Below, in pieces: positions 48,304-59,491 of a stretch of DNA of 64,000 nucleotides (position 1 is the stretch's first letter; each line of letters starts with the position of its first letter). Source of the DNA: Phycisphaerae bacterium. Lineage in GTDB: Bacteria; Planctomycetota; Phycisphaerae; JAAYCJ01. The stretch is taken from contig JAAYCJ010000014.1 of the NCBI GenBank assembly GCA_012729815.1, positions 1,043 to 65,042 on the forward strand. Reading direction: 5' to 3'. The notes beneath the pieces are model-generated. The model saw nothing but the letters and a program-made list of their open reading frames with translations, ran no database searches and had not been told where the DNA came from. The position numbers were made by a program, and so were the translations under genes.

Positions 48304-50553
48304 ATGACCAAACGACTGGCCGGTCCGCGTGCAAACCATGATCTGGTGCTTCAGGCCCCGATCAATCGCTGGGACGAAGCCGTCCCGCTGGGCAACGGCC
48401 TGACCGGCGCGCTGCTCTGGGGCGCCGGCCGCCAACTCCGGCTCTCCCTCGACCGCGGCGACCTCTGGGACCTGCGGCCCGCGCCCGGCGCCCAGGACCC
48501 GCAGGCCAACTGGGCCACCATGAAACTCCTTGTCGCCGAAAAAGACCTGCCGCGCCTGCACCAGCTCTTCGACGCCATCTACAGCGAATCATCCCATCCG
48601 ACCAAGATTCCCGGCGGCCGCCTGGAACTCGACCTCGGCGCCGGCGGCGACGCCCAAGAGTTCCGGCTTGACCTGCGCCGCGCCCTGGGCCGCGTGCGAC
48701 TCCGCCGCGGAACCGTCGAAGCCTTCTGTCACGCCGACCAGCCCGTCGGGCTGATCCGCGTCGACGGCGTCAAAGCCTCACTCCGGATCGTCCCGCCCGC
48801 CTACGGCCAGACCGTCGCCGACGACGCTGATCTCGTCGTCGGACGCGACCTGCGCACCCTCGGCTATCCCGCCCCGCGGCTTGGCCGCAGCGGAGAGGTC
48901 TCCTGGGCCCTCCAACGCGGAGCCGAAGGCTTCGAATACGCCATCGTCGTCGAACGCCGACGCATCGGTGACCAGACCCTCTTCGCCTTCACCATCACCA
49001 CCAACGCCGACGCCGACGACCCGGTCGCCCTGGGCCGACAGCGCGTTCGCGACGCCCTCGAAGCCGGCTACGACAACGCGCTCAAGCAACACACCCGCTG
49101 GTGGAAGCGCTTCTGGTCCCGCTCCGCCGTCGCTCTGCCCGACCCGCGGATCGAACAGCACTACTACCTGGTCCAATACTTCTACGGCGCCGCCTCGCGC
49201 CGCGGCGCGCCGCCCATTCCCCTCCAGGGCGTCTGGACCGCCGATGAAGGAACCATCCCGCCGTGGAAGGGCGACTACCACAACGACCTGAACACCCAGC
49301 TGACCTACTGGTCCTATCTGGCCGCCGACCACCTCGATGAAGGGGCCTGCTTCCTCGATTTCCTCTGGAACCTGATGCCCGCCGCCCGCCGCTTCGCCCG
49401 TGACTTCTACGACACCCGCGGCGCGTGCTTTCCCGGCGTGATGGGGCTCGACGGCCAGAAACTCGGCGGCTGGCACCAGTACAGCTACTCGCCCACCAAC
49501 AGCGCCTGGCTCGCCCACGCCTTCCACCGCCACTGGCGATACACGATGGACCGCGACTTCCTTCGCGACCGGGCCTACCCGTTCTGCGCCGAGATCGGAC
49601 AGTGCCTCGCCGACCTCCTCGAACAGGGACCGGATGGCCTGCTCCGACTGCCGCTCTCCAGCTCGCCCGAGATGCACGACAACCGCCTCGAAGCCTGGCT
49701 CACGCCCAACACCAACTTCGACCTGAGCCTGCTCCGCTGGCTCTTCGCCGCCCTGATCGAAATGAGCGACGCCCTCGCCCAGGACTCCTCAACGTGGCGC
49801 AGCCTCCTCGACCGCCTGCCGCAGCTCGCCGTCGAAAAGACCGGCGGCGGCGAACCCAACGGCCCGCTGATGATCTGCCCGGACGAATCTCTGCGCGAAT
49901 CCCACCGCCACCACTCGCACCTGATGGGCATCCACCCGCTGGGCATTCTCGACCGCGAATCTGGCCAACGCCAAGCCGACATCATCCGCAACTCGCTCCA
50001 TCAGATCGACTGGCACGGCATGAACAACTGGACCGGCTACAGCTTCTCCTGGATGGCCTGCATCGCCGCCCGCGCCGCCCAACCCGAACGCGCCGCCGCC
50101 ATGCTCGATCTCTTCGTCAAGGGATTCATCGCCCGCAACGGCTTCCATCTCAACGGCGACTTCAAGGAACTCGGCCTCAGCGGCTACCACTACCGGCCCT
50201 TCACCCTCGAAGGCAACTTCGCCGCCGCCGAAGCCGTCCACGAAATGCTCCTCCAGGGCTGGGGCGGCATCCTGCGCATCTTCCCCGCCGTGCCCGACGA
50301 CTGGGCCGACGTCGCCTTCGACGACCTCCGCGCCGAAGGCGCCTTCCGCGTCTCCGCCCGCCGCGCCAACCGCCGAACCACCTGGCTGCGCATCACAGCC
50401 GAAACCGGAGGCCGCCTGACCCTCCGTGACCCCTTCGCCGGCGCCAGACCCCGGTGGAACAAAAAAAACATCCGCCGCCAGGGCGACCTCTGGATCGCCA
50501 CCCTCAAACCCAACGAAACCCTCGAAGCCGAACTACCCGCCGTCGGTAAGTAG
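48304..50553 (+). CDS. Glycoside hydrolase family 95-like (alpha-L-fucosidase/galactosidase)
   Basis: PLGNG, LQGVW, WKGDYHNDLNTQLTYW, SSSPE, HRHHSHL and FTLEGNF. Confidence 0.88.
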   Translation: MTKRLAGPRANHDLVLQAPINRWDEAVPLGNGLTGALLWGAGRQLRLSLDRGDLWDLRPAPGAQDPQANWATMKLLVAEKDLPRLHQLFDAIYSESSHPTKIPGGRLELDLGAGGDAQEFRLDLRRALGRVRLRRGTVEAFCHADQPVGLIRVDGVKASLRIVPPAYGQTVADDADLVVGRDLRTLGYPAPRLGRSGEVSWALQRGAEGFEYAIVVERRRIGDQTLFAFTITTNADADDPVALGRQRVRDALEAGYDNALKQHTRWWKRFWSRSAVALPDPRIEQHYYLVQYFYGAASRRGAPPIPLQGVWTADEGTIPPWKGDYHNDLNTQLTYWSYLAADHLDEGACFLDFLWNLMPAARRFARDFYDTRGACFPGVMGLDGQKLGGWHQYSYSPTNSAWLAHAFHRHWRYTMDRDFLRDRAYPFCAEIGQCLADLLEQGPDGLLRLPLSSSPEMHDNRLEAWLTPNTNFDLSLLRWLFAALIEMSDALAQDSSTWRSLLDRLPQLAVEKTGGGEPNGPLMICPDESLRESHRHHSHLMGIHPLGILDRESGQRQADIIRNSLHQIDWHGMNNWTGYSFSWMACIAARAAQPERAAAMLDLFVKGFIARNGFHLNGDFKELGLSGYHYRPFTLEGNFAAAEAVHEMLLQGWGGILRIFPAVPDDWADVAFDDLRAEGAFRVSARRANRRTTWLRITAETGGRLTLRDPFAGARPRWNKKNIRRQGDLWIATLKPNETLEAELPAVGK

Positions 50554-50640
50554 TGTTCAGGCCGTTCATCGATGTAAGATACTGGTGCACCTGTGTTTAC
50601 ACTGGCTGGTGGTGAGTGCGCCATTCGCCCGACAAAGGGC

Positions 50641-50668
50641 TTGACGCAAAGGCCGCATTTGCTACAAT
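50641..50668 (+). promoter_or_regulatory. Sigma70 promoter (probably leaderless) of the first LacI module
   Basis: TTGACG, 16 nt spacer, TACAAT with a TG extension. The ATG is 7 nt after the -10 box. Confidence 0.65.
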
Positions 50669-50675
50669 CAATTCC

Positions 50676-51779
50676 ATGAAACGATTACACGGCCAGCCCG
50701 ACACCTCCACCGCCGCCCCGGCCACCGTCACCTCCGTGGCCCGTCATGCCGGCGTTTCGGTAGGCACCGTCTCCCGGGTGCTCAATAACCACCCGCGCGT
50801 TTCCGCCGCCGCCCGCCAAGCCGTCGAACGCGCGATCCGCGAACTCGACTACCGGCCCGACCCCGTCGCCCGGTCGCTGCGACGCCGCGGAGCCAACGGC
50901 CGCGTCTGGACGGGCAACATCGGCGTCTTCTTTCCCAACACCACCCACGCCATGCTCCAGGTACCGTTCATGTCGCGCATGGTCCAGGGCGTCCAGTCCG
51001 AACTGGCTGACAACGGCTATCATCTGATCATCTCCAACACCACTGACTCCTCAGCCCTGCCCGACGTCGTCCGCGACCGCAAGGTCGAAGGCCTCCTCGT
51101 CCACGGCGACTTGGGCCTCGACCTCTGCTCGCGGCTCACCGCCGCTCTCCCAGCCGTCAGTATGGGCCAGCACGCGACGGGCCTGCCCATCGCCATGGTC
51201 AACGTCGACAACCGCGCCGCCGTCGTCACCGCCGCCACCCGACTCTTCGCCCTCGGCCATCGCCGCATCGGATTCGTCGCCCGCGACCCCGAGCATCGCG
51301 ACTTCGCCGAACGCCGCGACGGCTACCGCCAAGCCGTCCAACTCCTGGACCTCCGTTACGATCCAGCCCTCGAAGCGGTAGGGGGGGCGTCCGACCTTTC
51401 CGGCCCGCGAACTCCGCAGACCGAACCGCCGGACATGAGCGAACCGCTCGCGCGGCTGCTCGATCTGCCCGATCCGCCCACCGCCCTGATCGTGCCCAGC
51501 GACTGGCAGGCCATCGGCGTCTACCGCGCCCTGGCCGCCCGCCGCCGCCGCATTCCCGACGACCTCTGCGTCATCGGCTTCGACAACGACCCAGGCGTCT
51601 GCCATTCGCTCACGCCCGCCCTCTCCAGCATTAACTACCCCTCCGAACAGATCGGCCGCCAAGCCGTCCGCCTCCTCCTGAACCAGATTCGCGAAGGATC
51701 CGCCATGCACCGCCAGACAATCCTCATCAAATCCGAACTGATCGAACGCGCCTCCATCGCCCCGGTGAAACGATCATGA
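50676..51779 (+). CDS. LacI family transcriptional regulator
   Basis: [40 protein letters not shown] and LIERAS. Confidence 0.95.
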   Translation: MKRLHGQPDTSTAAPATVTSVARHAGVSVGTVSRVLNNHPRVSAAARQAVERAIRELDYRPDPVARSLRRRGANGRVWTGNIGVFFPNTTHAMLQVPFMSRMVQGVQSELADNGYHLIISNTTDSSALPDVVRDRKVEGLLVHGDLGLDLCSRLTAALPAVSMGQHATGLPIAMVNVDNRAAVVTAATRLFALGHRRIGFVARDPEHRDFAERRDGYRQAVQLLDLRYDPALEAVGGASDLSGPRTPQTEPPDMSEPLARLLDLPDPPTALIVPSDWQAIGVYRALAARRRRIPDDLCVIGFDNDPGVCHSLTPALSSINYPSEQIGRQAVRLLLNQIREGSAMHRQTILIKSELIERASIAPVKRS

Positions 51780-52504
51780 CGCCCAACCAACCCACATCGC
51801 AGCCCGCCTCCCGATCCGACCGCCAGGCTCGATCGTTCACCCTCATAGAACTCCTGGTCGTCGTCGCGATCATCGCCGTCCTTGTCTCCATCCTGCTGCC
51901 CGCCCTCCAGAACGCTCGCCAGCAGGGCCTCATGGCCTCCTGCGCCGGCGGCCGACTCAAGCAACTGGGCGTCGGCTTCCTGATGTACGCCGATGACAAC
52001 CACGGCTGGTTCCCGATCCAATATCCCGAATACTACAGCTCCTGGCTCTGGCTCGTCGATCCGCCCAACACCGTTACCTCCAGGTACATGACCGATGCCC
52101 TCACCAACGCCGACGAACGCTTCGGCCAAGCTAAGTACGTCCCGCAGGAATGCTTCTACTGCCCAGCCAACCGCGACGTCACCGTCGAAAATAACTGGTG
52201 GGGCTGGTGGAGCGGATACGAATTCGGCAAGATCAGCTACCTCAACTTCTACTACTTCGGCCACATCGCCTACGACACCTACTTCGTCAGCGACGGCTTC
52301 AGCCCGAAAAACACCAACCACCATCGCCTCGCCGAAGGCGTCCTCTTCGCCGACCGCGTCCGATCCGCCTCCGGAACCGCCGCGATCTCCTGGAATCACC
52401 CAGCCGCGGCCAACGTCCTCTTCGCCGACGGCCACGTCCAAGTCAAACCAACCGGCACGTGCCAACTCAAATACCAGATGGCCTCGAACGGATACCTGTG
52501 GTGA
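51776..52504 (+). CDS. Prepilin-type N-terminal cleavage protein (DUF1559-like, H-X9-DG)
   Basis: S|[28 protein letters not shown] and [14 protein letters not shown]. Confidence 0.92.
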   Translation: MTPNQPTSQPASRSDRQARSFTLIELLVVVAIIAVLVSILLPALQNARQQGLMASCAGGRLKQLGVGFLMYADDNHGWFPIQYPEYYSSWLWLVDPPNTVTSRYMTDALTNADERFGQAKYVPQECFYCPANRDVTVENNWWGWWSGYEFGKISYLNFYYFGHIAYDTYFVSDGFSPKNTNHHRLAEGVLFADRVRSASGTAAISWNHPAAANVLFADGHVQVKPTGTCQLKYQMASNGYLW

Positions 52505-52539
52505 CAGCTTTTCACCGTCACGTTCCGCGGGAGCTCTCC

Positions 52540-54963
52540 ATGAATCCGACCCGCCTCCTCATCCTCGCCTCCATCCTGACGGCCGCCTCTTCAACCTGTC
52601 TCGCCCAGACCAGCCGTCCCGTCAGACCCCAACCCAACAGCGTCTTTGGCCTCTGCGACCGCTACGTCAAACCCGCATGGCAAATCGGCGTCTTCAAGTG
52701 GCGGCGGATGGACATCGACTTCCATCCCGAAAACTGGAACGCCGAGACGACCTTCGAAGACACCGTCGCCTATTTCGATCAGGTCCTGGCCTTCTCCGAA
52801 CAGCACGGCGTCTGCGTCATGCCGATCCTCAACCTCCGCCACTTCGGCCATCGCTGGCAGCCCGGCGGCCAAACCGCTGAGCATCCCGACGCCTTCACCC
52901 TCCACCGCTGGACCAACTGGGTCCATCGCGTGGTCGAACGCTACAAGGGCCGCGTGACTTACTGGGAAATCTCCAACGAGCCAGACCTCTCGACCACGCC
53001 GCAGCAGTACGCCGCTCTGGCCAAAGCCGCCTACCTCTCCGCCAAAGCCGCCGATCCGCAATGCCGCCTCGGCGCCTTCGCCACCGCCGGCGTCAACCTG
53101 CCCTTCATCGAACAATGCCTCCAACTCGGCATGGCCGACTACTTCGACTTCGTCACCGTCCATCCCTATCAGTGGTCGCATTCGTTCGACGCCGACCTGC
53201 TGACCGGTTCGCTCGCCGCCCTCGAGCAGCTTCTCGACCGCTACGGTTGCCCTCGGCCGATCTGGATCTCCGAACTCGGCTGGCCCACGCATCCGCAAGG
53301 CGGCTGCTCGCCGCAGGTCCAGGCCCGGATCGTCGCCCAGGCCTATCTGACCCTCGCCGCCCTCGGCCGCTACAAGACCTTCTGGTACACCCTCGGCGAC
53401 TGGCCGGCCGAACCGACCGACGCGGAAGGCTACTTCGGCCTGCTCGACGCCGCCGGCCGCCCCAAACCCTCTTTCCACGCCTACCGCCTCGCCTCCGAAA
53501 CCCTCTCCGACGCCATCGGCCTCGGACAAGCCGACCTGCCCAAAGGCCTGACCGGCTGGCTCTATCGCACCTCCGATGGGCGGCTGGCCATTGGCCTCTG
53601 GCGCAACACGGGTGATCCCTCCACCGCAACGATCGAGTTGCCCGACCTGCGCGATCCAGAGGTCGAGAAACGCGCCATCGATCTTTCCCGCGACATCCTC
53701 ACCGCCCGCGACGACGCCGTCGCGCTGGAAATCGGCCCCGATCCGCTGATCCTCCTGTTTCACAGTGACCGCAAGTACAACCTTCCCGCCCCATCCGCGC
53801 TGGCCGCGCCGCCCGCTAAGAGTCTTCCAATGTACCTGGCCGTTCCGCCCATGCCGTCCGCCTTCACCGGCGGTGCGCTCGAAATCCCCTTCAGCCTCGT
53901 CAATCTCTCCGAAACCGCGTGGACGGGCAGGGTAACCATCGCATCCCATCCGTCCGCCACGACCGAACTGACCGCCCAACCGGGTCAGGAAACCATCGGC
54001 CGCCTCTCCTTCCAGGTGCCCGAAGACGCTTCCAATGGATTGCTTCGCCTGATCCTGCGGGCGCCGGGCCTGGCCGATCTTCCCGTCGAACTCCAGGTCA
54101 CCAGCCCTCTCGCCGTCGAGCTCGATCCGGTGGCCGAGCCGCTTGACTGTCCAAGCATCCCGGTCAACTTCACGCTGACCAACGTCACCGACCATCACTT
54201 GACCGGACAACTGAACCTCGACGCCGCCGACGATCCTGCGATCGCGATCGACCTGCCGCCCGCCGCCTCCACCCGAATCGAACGAACCATCAGCCAAACC
54301 GAGTTCCGCCTCACCGGCAACCTGGCCGGCCGTCCCTTTGCCTTCACCCAGCCGCTCGACAGCATCCGCATCCCTCACGCCGCCAAAATCACCATCGACG
54401 CCGACCTCACCGATTGGCAAACCGTCGCCCCATTCCACCTCGGCCGCCGCCAGCAGGCTCAGCCGCTTCCCAACTGGTGGACCGGCCCAAACGACCTCTC
54501 CGCCAACGTCAAATTCCAGTGGGACCAGACCTGCCTCTACTTCGCCGCCGACGTCACCGACGACGTCCACTGCCAGCGGTCCACCGGCGGCGGCACGTGG
54601 CTCGGCGACGGCTTCCAGATCGCCCTCGAAGCCGACGGCGCCTACGGCTACGAACTGTGCCTCGCCCGCACCATGAGTGGCAGCGAACTCTACCTGCTTC
54701 GGGCCGTCCAAGGCCCGACCGGCCCGGTCCCGGGGGCACTGGTAGCCACCCGCCGCCGCAACGACCACACCCTCTACGAAGCCGCCATCCCCTGGTCGGC
54801 CCTGCCATCGCTGCAACCCCAGTCCGGCCAAACCCTTAAGCTCAACTTCATCCTCAACGAGAGCGACGCCCTCACCCGCGTCGGCTGGCTCGAATGCCGC
54901 CCCGGCATCGGCAGCGGCAAGTCCACCACCACCTGGTACCCCTGGCGATTGGCCGCCCCCTGA
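52540..54963 (+). CDS. Secreted clan GH-A glycoside hydrolase (GH39-like) with a C-terminal CBM9-like domain
   Basis: Signal peptide, WEISNEP (acid/base), WISELGW (nucleophile) and 'IDADLTDW...WDQTCLYFAADVTDD...WLGDG'. Confidence 0.8.
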   Translation: MNPTRLLILASILTAASSTCLAQTSRPVRPQPNSVFGLCDRYVKPAWQIGVFKWRRMDIDFHPENWNAETTFEDTVAYFDQVLAFSEQHGVCVMPILNLRHFGHRWQPGGQTAEHPDAFTLHRWTNWVHRVVERYKGRVTYWEISNEPDLSTTPQQYAALAKAAYLSAKAADPQCRLGAFATAGVNLPFIEQCLQLGMADYFDFVTVHPYQWSHSFDADLLTGSLAALEQLLDRYGCPRPIWISELGWPTHPQGGCSPQVQARIVAQAYLTLAALGRYKTFWYTLGDWPAEPTDAEGYFGLLDAAGRPKPSFHAYRLASETLSDAIGLGQADLPKGLTGWLYRTSDGRLAIGLWRNTGDPSTATIELPDLRDPEVEKRAIDLSRDILTARDDAVALEIGPDPLILLFHSDRKYNLPAPSALAAPPAKSLPMYLAVPPMPSAFTGGALEIPFSLVNLSETAWTGRVTIASHPSATTELTAQPGQETIGRLSFQVPEDASNGLLRLILRAPGLADLPVELQVTSPLAVELDPVAEPLDCPSIPVNFTLTNVTDHHLTGQLNLDAADDPAIAIDLPPAASTRIERTISQTEFRLTGNLAGRPFAFTQPLDSIRIPHAAKITIDADLTDWQTVAPFHLGRRQQAQPLPNWWTGPNDLSANVKFQWDQTCLYFAADVTDDVHCQRSTGGGTWLGDGFQIALEADGAYGYELCLARTMSGSELYLLRAVQGPTGPVPGALVATRRRNDHTLYEAAIPWSALPSLQPQSGQTLKLNFILNESDALTRVGWLECRPGIGSGKSTTTWYPWRLAAP

Positions 54964-54972
54964 AAATGCCCC

Positions 54973-55016
54973 TTGACACCACAACCGGTTTAGATTACAA
55001 TCAAAACCGGTTGTGG
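54973..55016 (+). promoter_or_regulatory. Sigma70 promoter with two LacI-type operators
   Basis: TTGACA, 17 nt spacer, TACAAT. CCACAACCGGTTT (54979) and its exact reverse complement AAACCGGTTGTGG (55004) flank the -10 box. Confidence 0.85.
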
Positions 55017-55029
55017 AGGTTAACGTGCA

Positions 55030-56055
55030 ATGGCCGGACCCAGCATCGCCGAAATCGCCCGACGACTGAAGCTCTCCAAGACCACGGTCTCCCGGGTCTT
55101 TAACGACGTGCCCAACTCCGGAATTGCCCCAGCCACCCGGCGGCGGGTGCTCGCCGCGATCCGCGAAATGGGCTACGAACCTAACCTCTCCGCCCGAGCC
55201 CTCGCCCGCGGACGGACCCACGTCATCGGTGCGATGATGATCGACGTGAACAACCCCTTCGCCAGCGGCTACGTCTCAGCCGTCGAGGAACTCGCCGGCG
55301 GCAAGGGCTACGGCGTCCTCCTGTGCAACACCCGCGGCAGCGGCGAAAAGGAACGCGAACAGTGCCGCATGCTCCGCCAGCGAGGCGTCGAAGGCCTCCT
55401 GATCGAACACGTCGGACCGGCCGAAACCCTCCGCGAACTGGTCGACGAGGGCTTCCCCTTCGTCCTCCTGGATCGCTGCCCTCAGTCGCCGCAGTTCGAC
55501 TACGTCACTTTCGACGACGTCGAGGGCGGACGCCTCGCCACCATGGCCCTGATCGACGCCGGCCGGACCAAAGTGGCCCATATCGCCGGGCCGCAAGCCG
55601 TCCTCCCCGCTGAGGACCGGCTCATCGGCTACCGCGAAGCCCTGGACGAAGCCGAACTGCCGTGGCGCGACGACTACGTGGTGTGGGTCGACCGGCATGA
55701 GAATCCGGACGACGGCGAGCACGCGGCCGACCGCCTGCTCGATCTGCCCAGCCCGCCGGACGCGGTCTTCTGTTACAGCGACCACCTGGCCCTGGGCGTT
55801 TTTCGCGCCGCCGCCCGGCGCGGCGTCCGCGTCCCGCACGACCTGGCGGTGATCGGCTGCGACGACCTGCCGTTCTGCCCGTGGACCGCCGTGTCGCTGG
55901 CCTCTGTCCGCCTGAACACCCGGCAACTCGGCCACGAGTCCGCCGGACTGCTCCTCGAAAAAATCGAGCGAGACGACGCCCGCGGGCCCGGCTCGCGCCG
56001 AATCCTCATCAAGCCCGAAGTGGTTCATCGGGAGTCGCTGGGACAGCGGAGGTAA
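55030..56055 (+). CDS. LacI family transcriptional regulator
   Basis: [33 protein letters not shown] and [12 protein letters not shown]. Confidence 0.95.
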   Translation: MAGPSIAEIARRLKLSKTTVSRVFNDVPNSGIAPATRRRVLAAIREMGYEPNLSARALARGRTHVIGAMMIDVNNPFASGYVSAVEELAGGKGYGVLLCNTRGSGEKEREQCRMLRQRGVEGLLIEHVGPAETLRELVDEGFPFVLLDRCPQSPQFDYVTFDDVEGGRLATMALIDAGRTKVAHIAGPQAVLPAEDRLIGYREALDEAELPWRDDYVVWVDRHENPDDGEHAADRLLDLPSPPDAVFCYSDHLALGVFRAAARRGVRVPHDLAVIGCDDLPFCPWTAVSLASVRLNTRQLGHESAGLLLEKIERDDARGPGSRRILIKPEVVHRESLGQRR

Positions 56056-56059
56056 CGCC

Positions 56060-56836
56060 ATGAACAACATGCGCCGATGCCGGTTCAGACTCTCTGATGC
56101 CTTTACCCTCATCGAACTGCTGGTCGTGGTGGCCATCATCGCCGTACTGGTGGCGATCCTGCTGCCGGCGATGACCGCCGCCCGCGAAGCGGCGCGAAAA
56201 GCCGCCTGCGGTGCCAACCTGCACCAGATGGGAATCGGAGCGGCCCTCTACGCCGCCGACAACGGCGGTTGGGTGCCCAGCGGCTTCGTGGGCTCGAGCA
56301 TCGGATTCACCGTGATTCCCGAATACCCCTGGTTCGTCTCCGTTCCCAAGGGGCCGCCTGCCCCCCTGATCTACCGGCTCTGGAAGGACGGCAGGTTCCC
56401 GCCGCGAATCTTCTACTGCCCGACCGCCACGGCGGCCGGGGCGGTGACGACGTACACTCCCGAAAACTTCGAATGGCGGCTCAGCGGCCATCCCGACAGC
56501 CCCGGATGGACGCTCACCTCCTACGCCGAACGCGTGGAAACCTGCCTCGACGCCGCCGGCAACACCGTCTTCGATCCGGGTCGTGCTCGGGTCGACTTCT
56601 TCAAAGCCGAGTACCTGGCCGACAAGGCCATGATCGCGGATGTCTACTGCGACAACTACGCCTTCAGCGCCCACCCGCGGGCAAGAGAACTGGAGCGGAC
56701 CGGCGGGTGGAACGTCTGCTTCGGCGACGGCAGCGTCAGGTTCAGGCAACTCGACGAGTACCTGTCCGACCCGAGCATCGGTGTCTGGTGGTCGCACTAC
56801 ACCTTCTGGCGCCACTGGGATGTGGTGGGAGAATAG
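56060..56836 (+). CDS. Prepilin-type N-terminal cleavage protein (DUF1559-like)
   Basis: A|[20 protein letters not shown] and [12 protein letters not shown]. Confidence 0.9.
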   Translation: MNNMRRCRFRLSDAFTLIELLVVVAIIAVLVAILLPAMTAAREAARKAACGANLHQMGIGAALYAADNGGWVPSGFVGSSIGFTVIPEYPWFVSVPKGPPAPLIYRLWKDGRFPPRIFYCPTATAAGAVTTYTPENFEWRLSGHPDSPGWTLTSYAERVETCLDAAGNTVFDPGRARVDFFKAEYLADKAMIADVYCDNYAFSAHPRARELERTGGWNVCFGDGSVRFRQLDEYLSDPSIGVWWSHYTFWRHWDVVGE

Positions 56837-56944
56837 AACAACGGTGGAAGGACTTGCATCTTGTTTTCACTCGAGTTGGGTTTGTGTTCTGAACAGGAAA
56901 AGACTCCGAGCCTGCACACGGTAGTATTGAAAGGACACTCATTG

Positions 56945-58666
56945 ATGCGGTACTTGACCATTGCGACGGCTTTAATGATGCTGATGTCGGCTTCCTCGGC
57001 ATGGGCCAAGACGATCTACCGGACCTCCTTCGAAAACGAAACCCTCGCCGGAAACGTCACCACCGAAGCCATGGCCGAAGACCCAGCCCTGCAAAAGGAA
57101 ATGGCCGGCCGCTGGCGGGCCGTGGCCTGGGGCGTGCCCGAGGCCACCACCGACGCCTCCAGCATCGTCGCCGATCCCAGCGCTCCGGACGGCAAGCAGG
57201 TCGTCGAGGTCCACCACCAAATCAACCAGATCAGCGCGGTGGTCATGCAGTTGGACACCAAACAGCTCGTGCCCGGCCGATGGTACCGGGCCGACGGCAA
57301 GATCCGCACCGAAGGCCTTCGGGGCCAGGGCTGCCACCTGAACCTCGAGTACTGGATCGGCGGCAACGGCAGCGGGTCGGTCGACTCCGAACACCTCGTG
57401 GGCGACAACGGCTGGACCGACGCTTCGGCGGTCTTTCAGGCCCCCAACTCGCAGTACAACCTGAACCTGAGCTTCTTCGTCCTCGGCGGGCCGGGCAAAG
57501 CCTGGCTCGACGACGTGCGCGTCCGCCAGATCGAAAAACCCGCCTTCGACCAGTCCAAACGCCGTGTCCTCGACGGGTCGTTCTGGGGCATGTTCACCTG
57601 CTTCCCGATGTACCTCCACCAGTACGGCAAGGACATGAAGGAGGCCGGCGTCTACTGGCAGCGTCAGGGCTCAGCAGCCCTGAACGAGCACCAGCAGGGC
57701 TTGGCCCAGCAACTGGGCATGGCGTTCGAAATGTGCCTCGACGGCACGCCGCCGGCCAGCGACCGCGAAGGCGACGAGCAGAACCTCGAAGCCGGCTGGC
57801 CGGGCTACGAAAAATGGGTGGCCCAATGCCTCGAACAGGCCGGTCCGGCCATCCGGATCATCGAGGTGGCCAACGAGCCCAACACCCACGTTCAATGGAC
57901 GCTGCCGGGCTACGCCGAACTGCTGTGCCGCGTCGGCAAAATGGTCAAGGAGCACAAGTCGCAGATCGCCTTCGCCACCGGCGGGTTCACCTCGCCCCAG
58001 ATCGGCTATACCGAGGCCTGCCTGAAGCGCGGGGCCGACAAGGTGCTCGATATCGTCCTGATCCATCCCTACGCGGTCGATGAGGCCCTCGACAGCCAGC
58101 TCTTCGCCCTTGGCGACGCCTGTGCCCGGGCCGGCCGGCCCGACCTGGCCGTCGCCATCAACGAGACCGGCTTTCCCACCTGGGACCCCGCCACCGGCCA
58201 TCCGGTCAACGCGTGGTTCGTCACCGAGAAGGACCAGGCCGCCAAGGTCGTCAAACTCCACGTCCAGGCCCTCGCTCACCAGTGCAGCTTCGTCACGTAC
58301 CTGGGCTGGAACGACTTCGCCGAACCCAAGTCCGACCAGGCCATGAACATGGGCCTGGTGCGGGTCGACGGTTCGCCCAAGCCGTCATGGCACGCCTACC
58401 GCTTCATGACCGCGACCGTCGCCGACCGCCGCCAGGTCGATTGGTCCTACGCCGACAACGGCGCCCGCGTCTATCGCCTCGCCGGTGAAAAACCGCTCTG
58501 GATCTGCTGGAACGCCCTCCGCGAAAGCGACGTGACGATCGACACCGGCGACGTCCAGGTCTTCCCCTGCGACATCTACGGCGTCAAGCAGACCGTCGAG
58601 CCGGTCGCCGGCAAGGTCACCGTCAAAGCCGCTGACGAACCGATATACCTGGTTCCGGTTCCCTAG
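56945..58666 (+). CDS. Secreted CBM4/9-like domain + clan GH-A (GH39-like) hydrolase
   Basis: Signal peptide ending AWA, 'GKAWLDDV' CBM motif, EVANEP, INETGF and GLVRVDGSPKP. Confidence 0.78.
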   Translation: MRYLTIATALMMLMSASSAWAKTIYRTSFENETLAGNVTTEAMAEDPALQKEMAGRWRAVAWGVPEATTDASSIVADPSAPDGKQVVEVHHQINQISAVVMQLDTKQLVPGRWYRADGKIRTEGLRGQGCHLNLEYWIGGNGSGSVDSEHLVGDNGWTDASAVFQAPNSQYNLNLSFFVLGGPGKAWLDDVRVRQIEKPAFDQSKRRVLDGSFWGMFTCFPMYLHQYGKDMKEAGVYWQRQGSAALNEHQQGLAQQLGMAFEMCLDGTPPASDREGDEQNLEAGWPGYEKWVAQCLEQAGPAIRIIEVANEPNTHVQWTLPGYAELLCRVGKMVKEHKSQIAFATGGFTSPQIGYTEACLKRGADKVLDIVLIHPYAVDEALDSQLFALGDACARAGRPDLAVAINETGFPTWDPATGHPVNAWFVTEKDQAAKVVKLHVQALAHQCSFVTYLGWNDFAEPKSDQAMNMGLVRVDGSPKPSWHAYRFMTATVADRRQVDWSYADNGARVYRLAGEKPLWICWNALRESDVTIDTGDVQVFPCDIYGVKQTVEPVAGKVTVKAADEPIYLVPVP

Positions 58667-58675
58667 AGGTGCACG

Positions 58676-59422
58676 ATGAAAATCGCAAAAACCAGATCGT
58701 TTACGCTCATTGAACTGCTCGTGGTGGTCGCGATCATCGCCGTGCTGGTCTCGCTGCTGCTGCCCGCGCTCTCCGAGGCCCGCGAAATGGCCCGCCGCAC
58801 CGCCTGCGGGTCCAACCTTCACCAGATGGCCGTCGCAACGGTCATGTACGCCGGCGACAGCGACGACGTCATCCCAAGCGGCTTTATCGGCCAGAACATC
58901 GGCCTGTGCGTCGGATCGACCTGGGGCGGCGACGGCATGTTGCCCTACCCGCGCGATTTCGGCTGCCTGATCTACGAGCTCTACACCCGCGAAAAACTCT
59001 CCGCCGCGACCCTCTTTTGCCCCAGCTACGACGGGGCCGACAGGTCGGCCAGCGGCATCGAACAGGGCTTCGCCACGCCCGGCGGTTTCGCCCAGTGCAC
59101 CTATGAGGAACGCATCCCGTACCCGCCCGACGGATCGGGATGGAATATGGCCTCTCCGCCGCGGATTCACACCTTCCGCCTCAGCGACCTGGGCAGCGCC
59201 GCCATCCTCGCCGATGTCTTCTGCTACAGCTACTCGTGGAGCGCCCACCCCCGGACCTCCGCGTTTCCCGCCTTCGGCTACAATCCCGTCGGCGGATGGA
59301 ACGTCGCCTACGCCGACGGCGGCGTGGCCTTCGTGCCCATGGGACCCGAGTGCTCAGCCGGGCCGTACTGGTGGCCGCAGTATTTCTGCTACTGGACCTA
59401 CTTCGACGCAAATCGCCGCTGA
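58676..59422 (+). CDS. Prepilin-type N-terminal cleavage protein (DUF1559-like), paralog of 56060
   Basis: S|[20 protein letters not shown] and [12 protein letters not shown]. Confidence 0.9.
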   Translation: MKIAKTRSFTLIELLVVVAIIAVLVSLLLPALSEAREMARRTACGSNLHQMAVATVMYAGDSDDVIPSGFIGQNIGLCVGSTWGGDGMLPYPRDFGCLIYELYTREKLSAATLFCPSYDGADRSASGIEQGFATPGGFAQCTYEERIPYPPDGSGWNMASPPRIHTFRLSDLGSAAILADVFCYSYSWSAHPRTSAFPAFGYNPVGGWNVAYADGGVAFVPMGPECSAGPYWWPQYFCYWTYFDANRR

Positions 59423-59491
59423 TTTCCCTTGCCGACCGCGATGGATGAGGGCACAATCCCCGAAAACTCTCCCTCTGGTTCGAGGTAGGCC

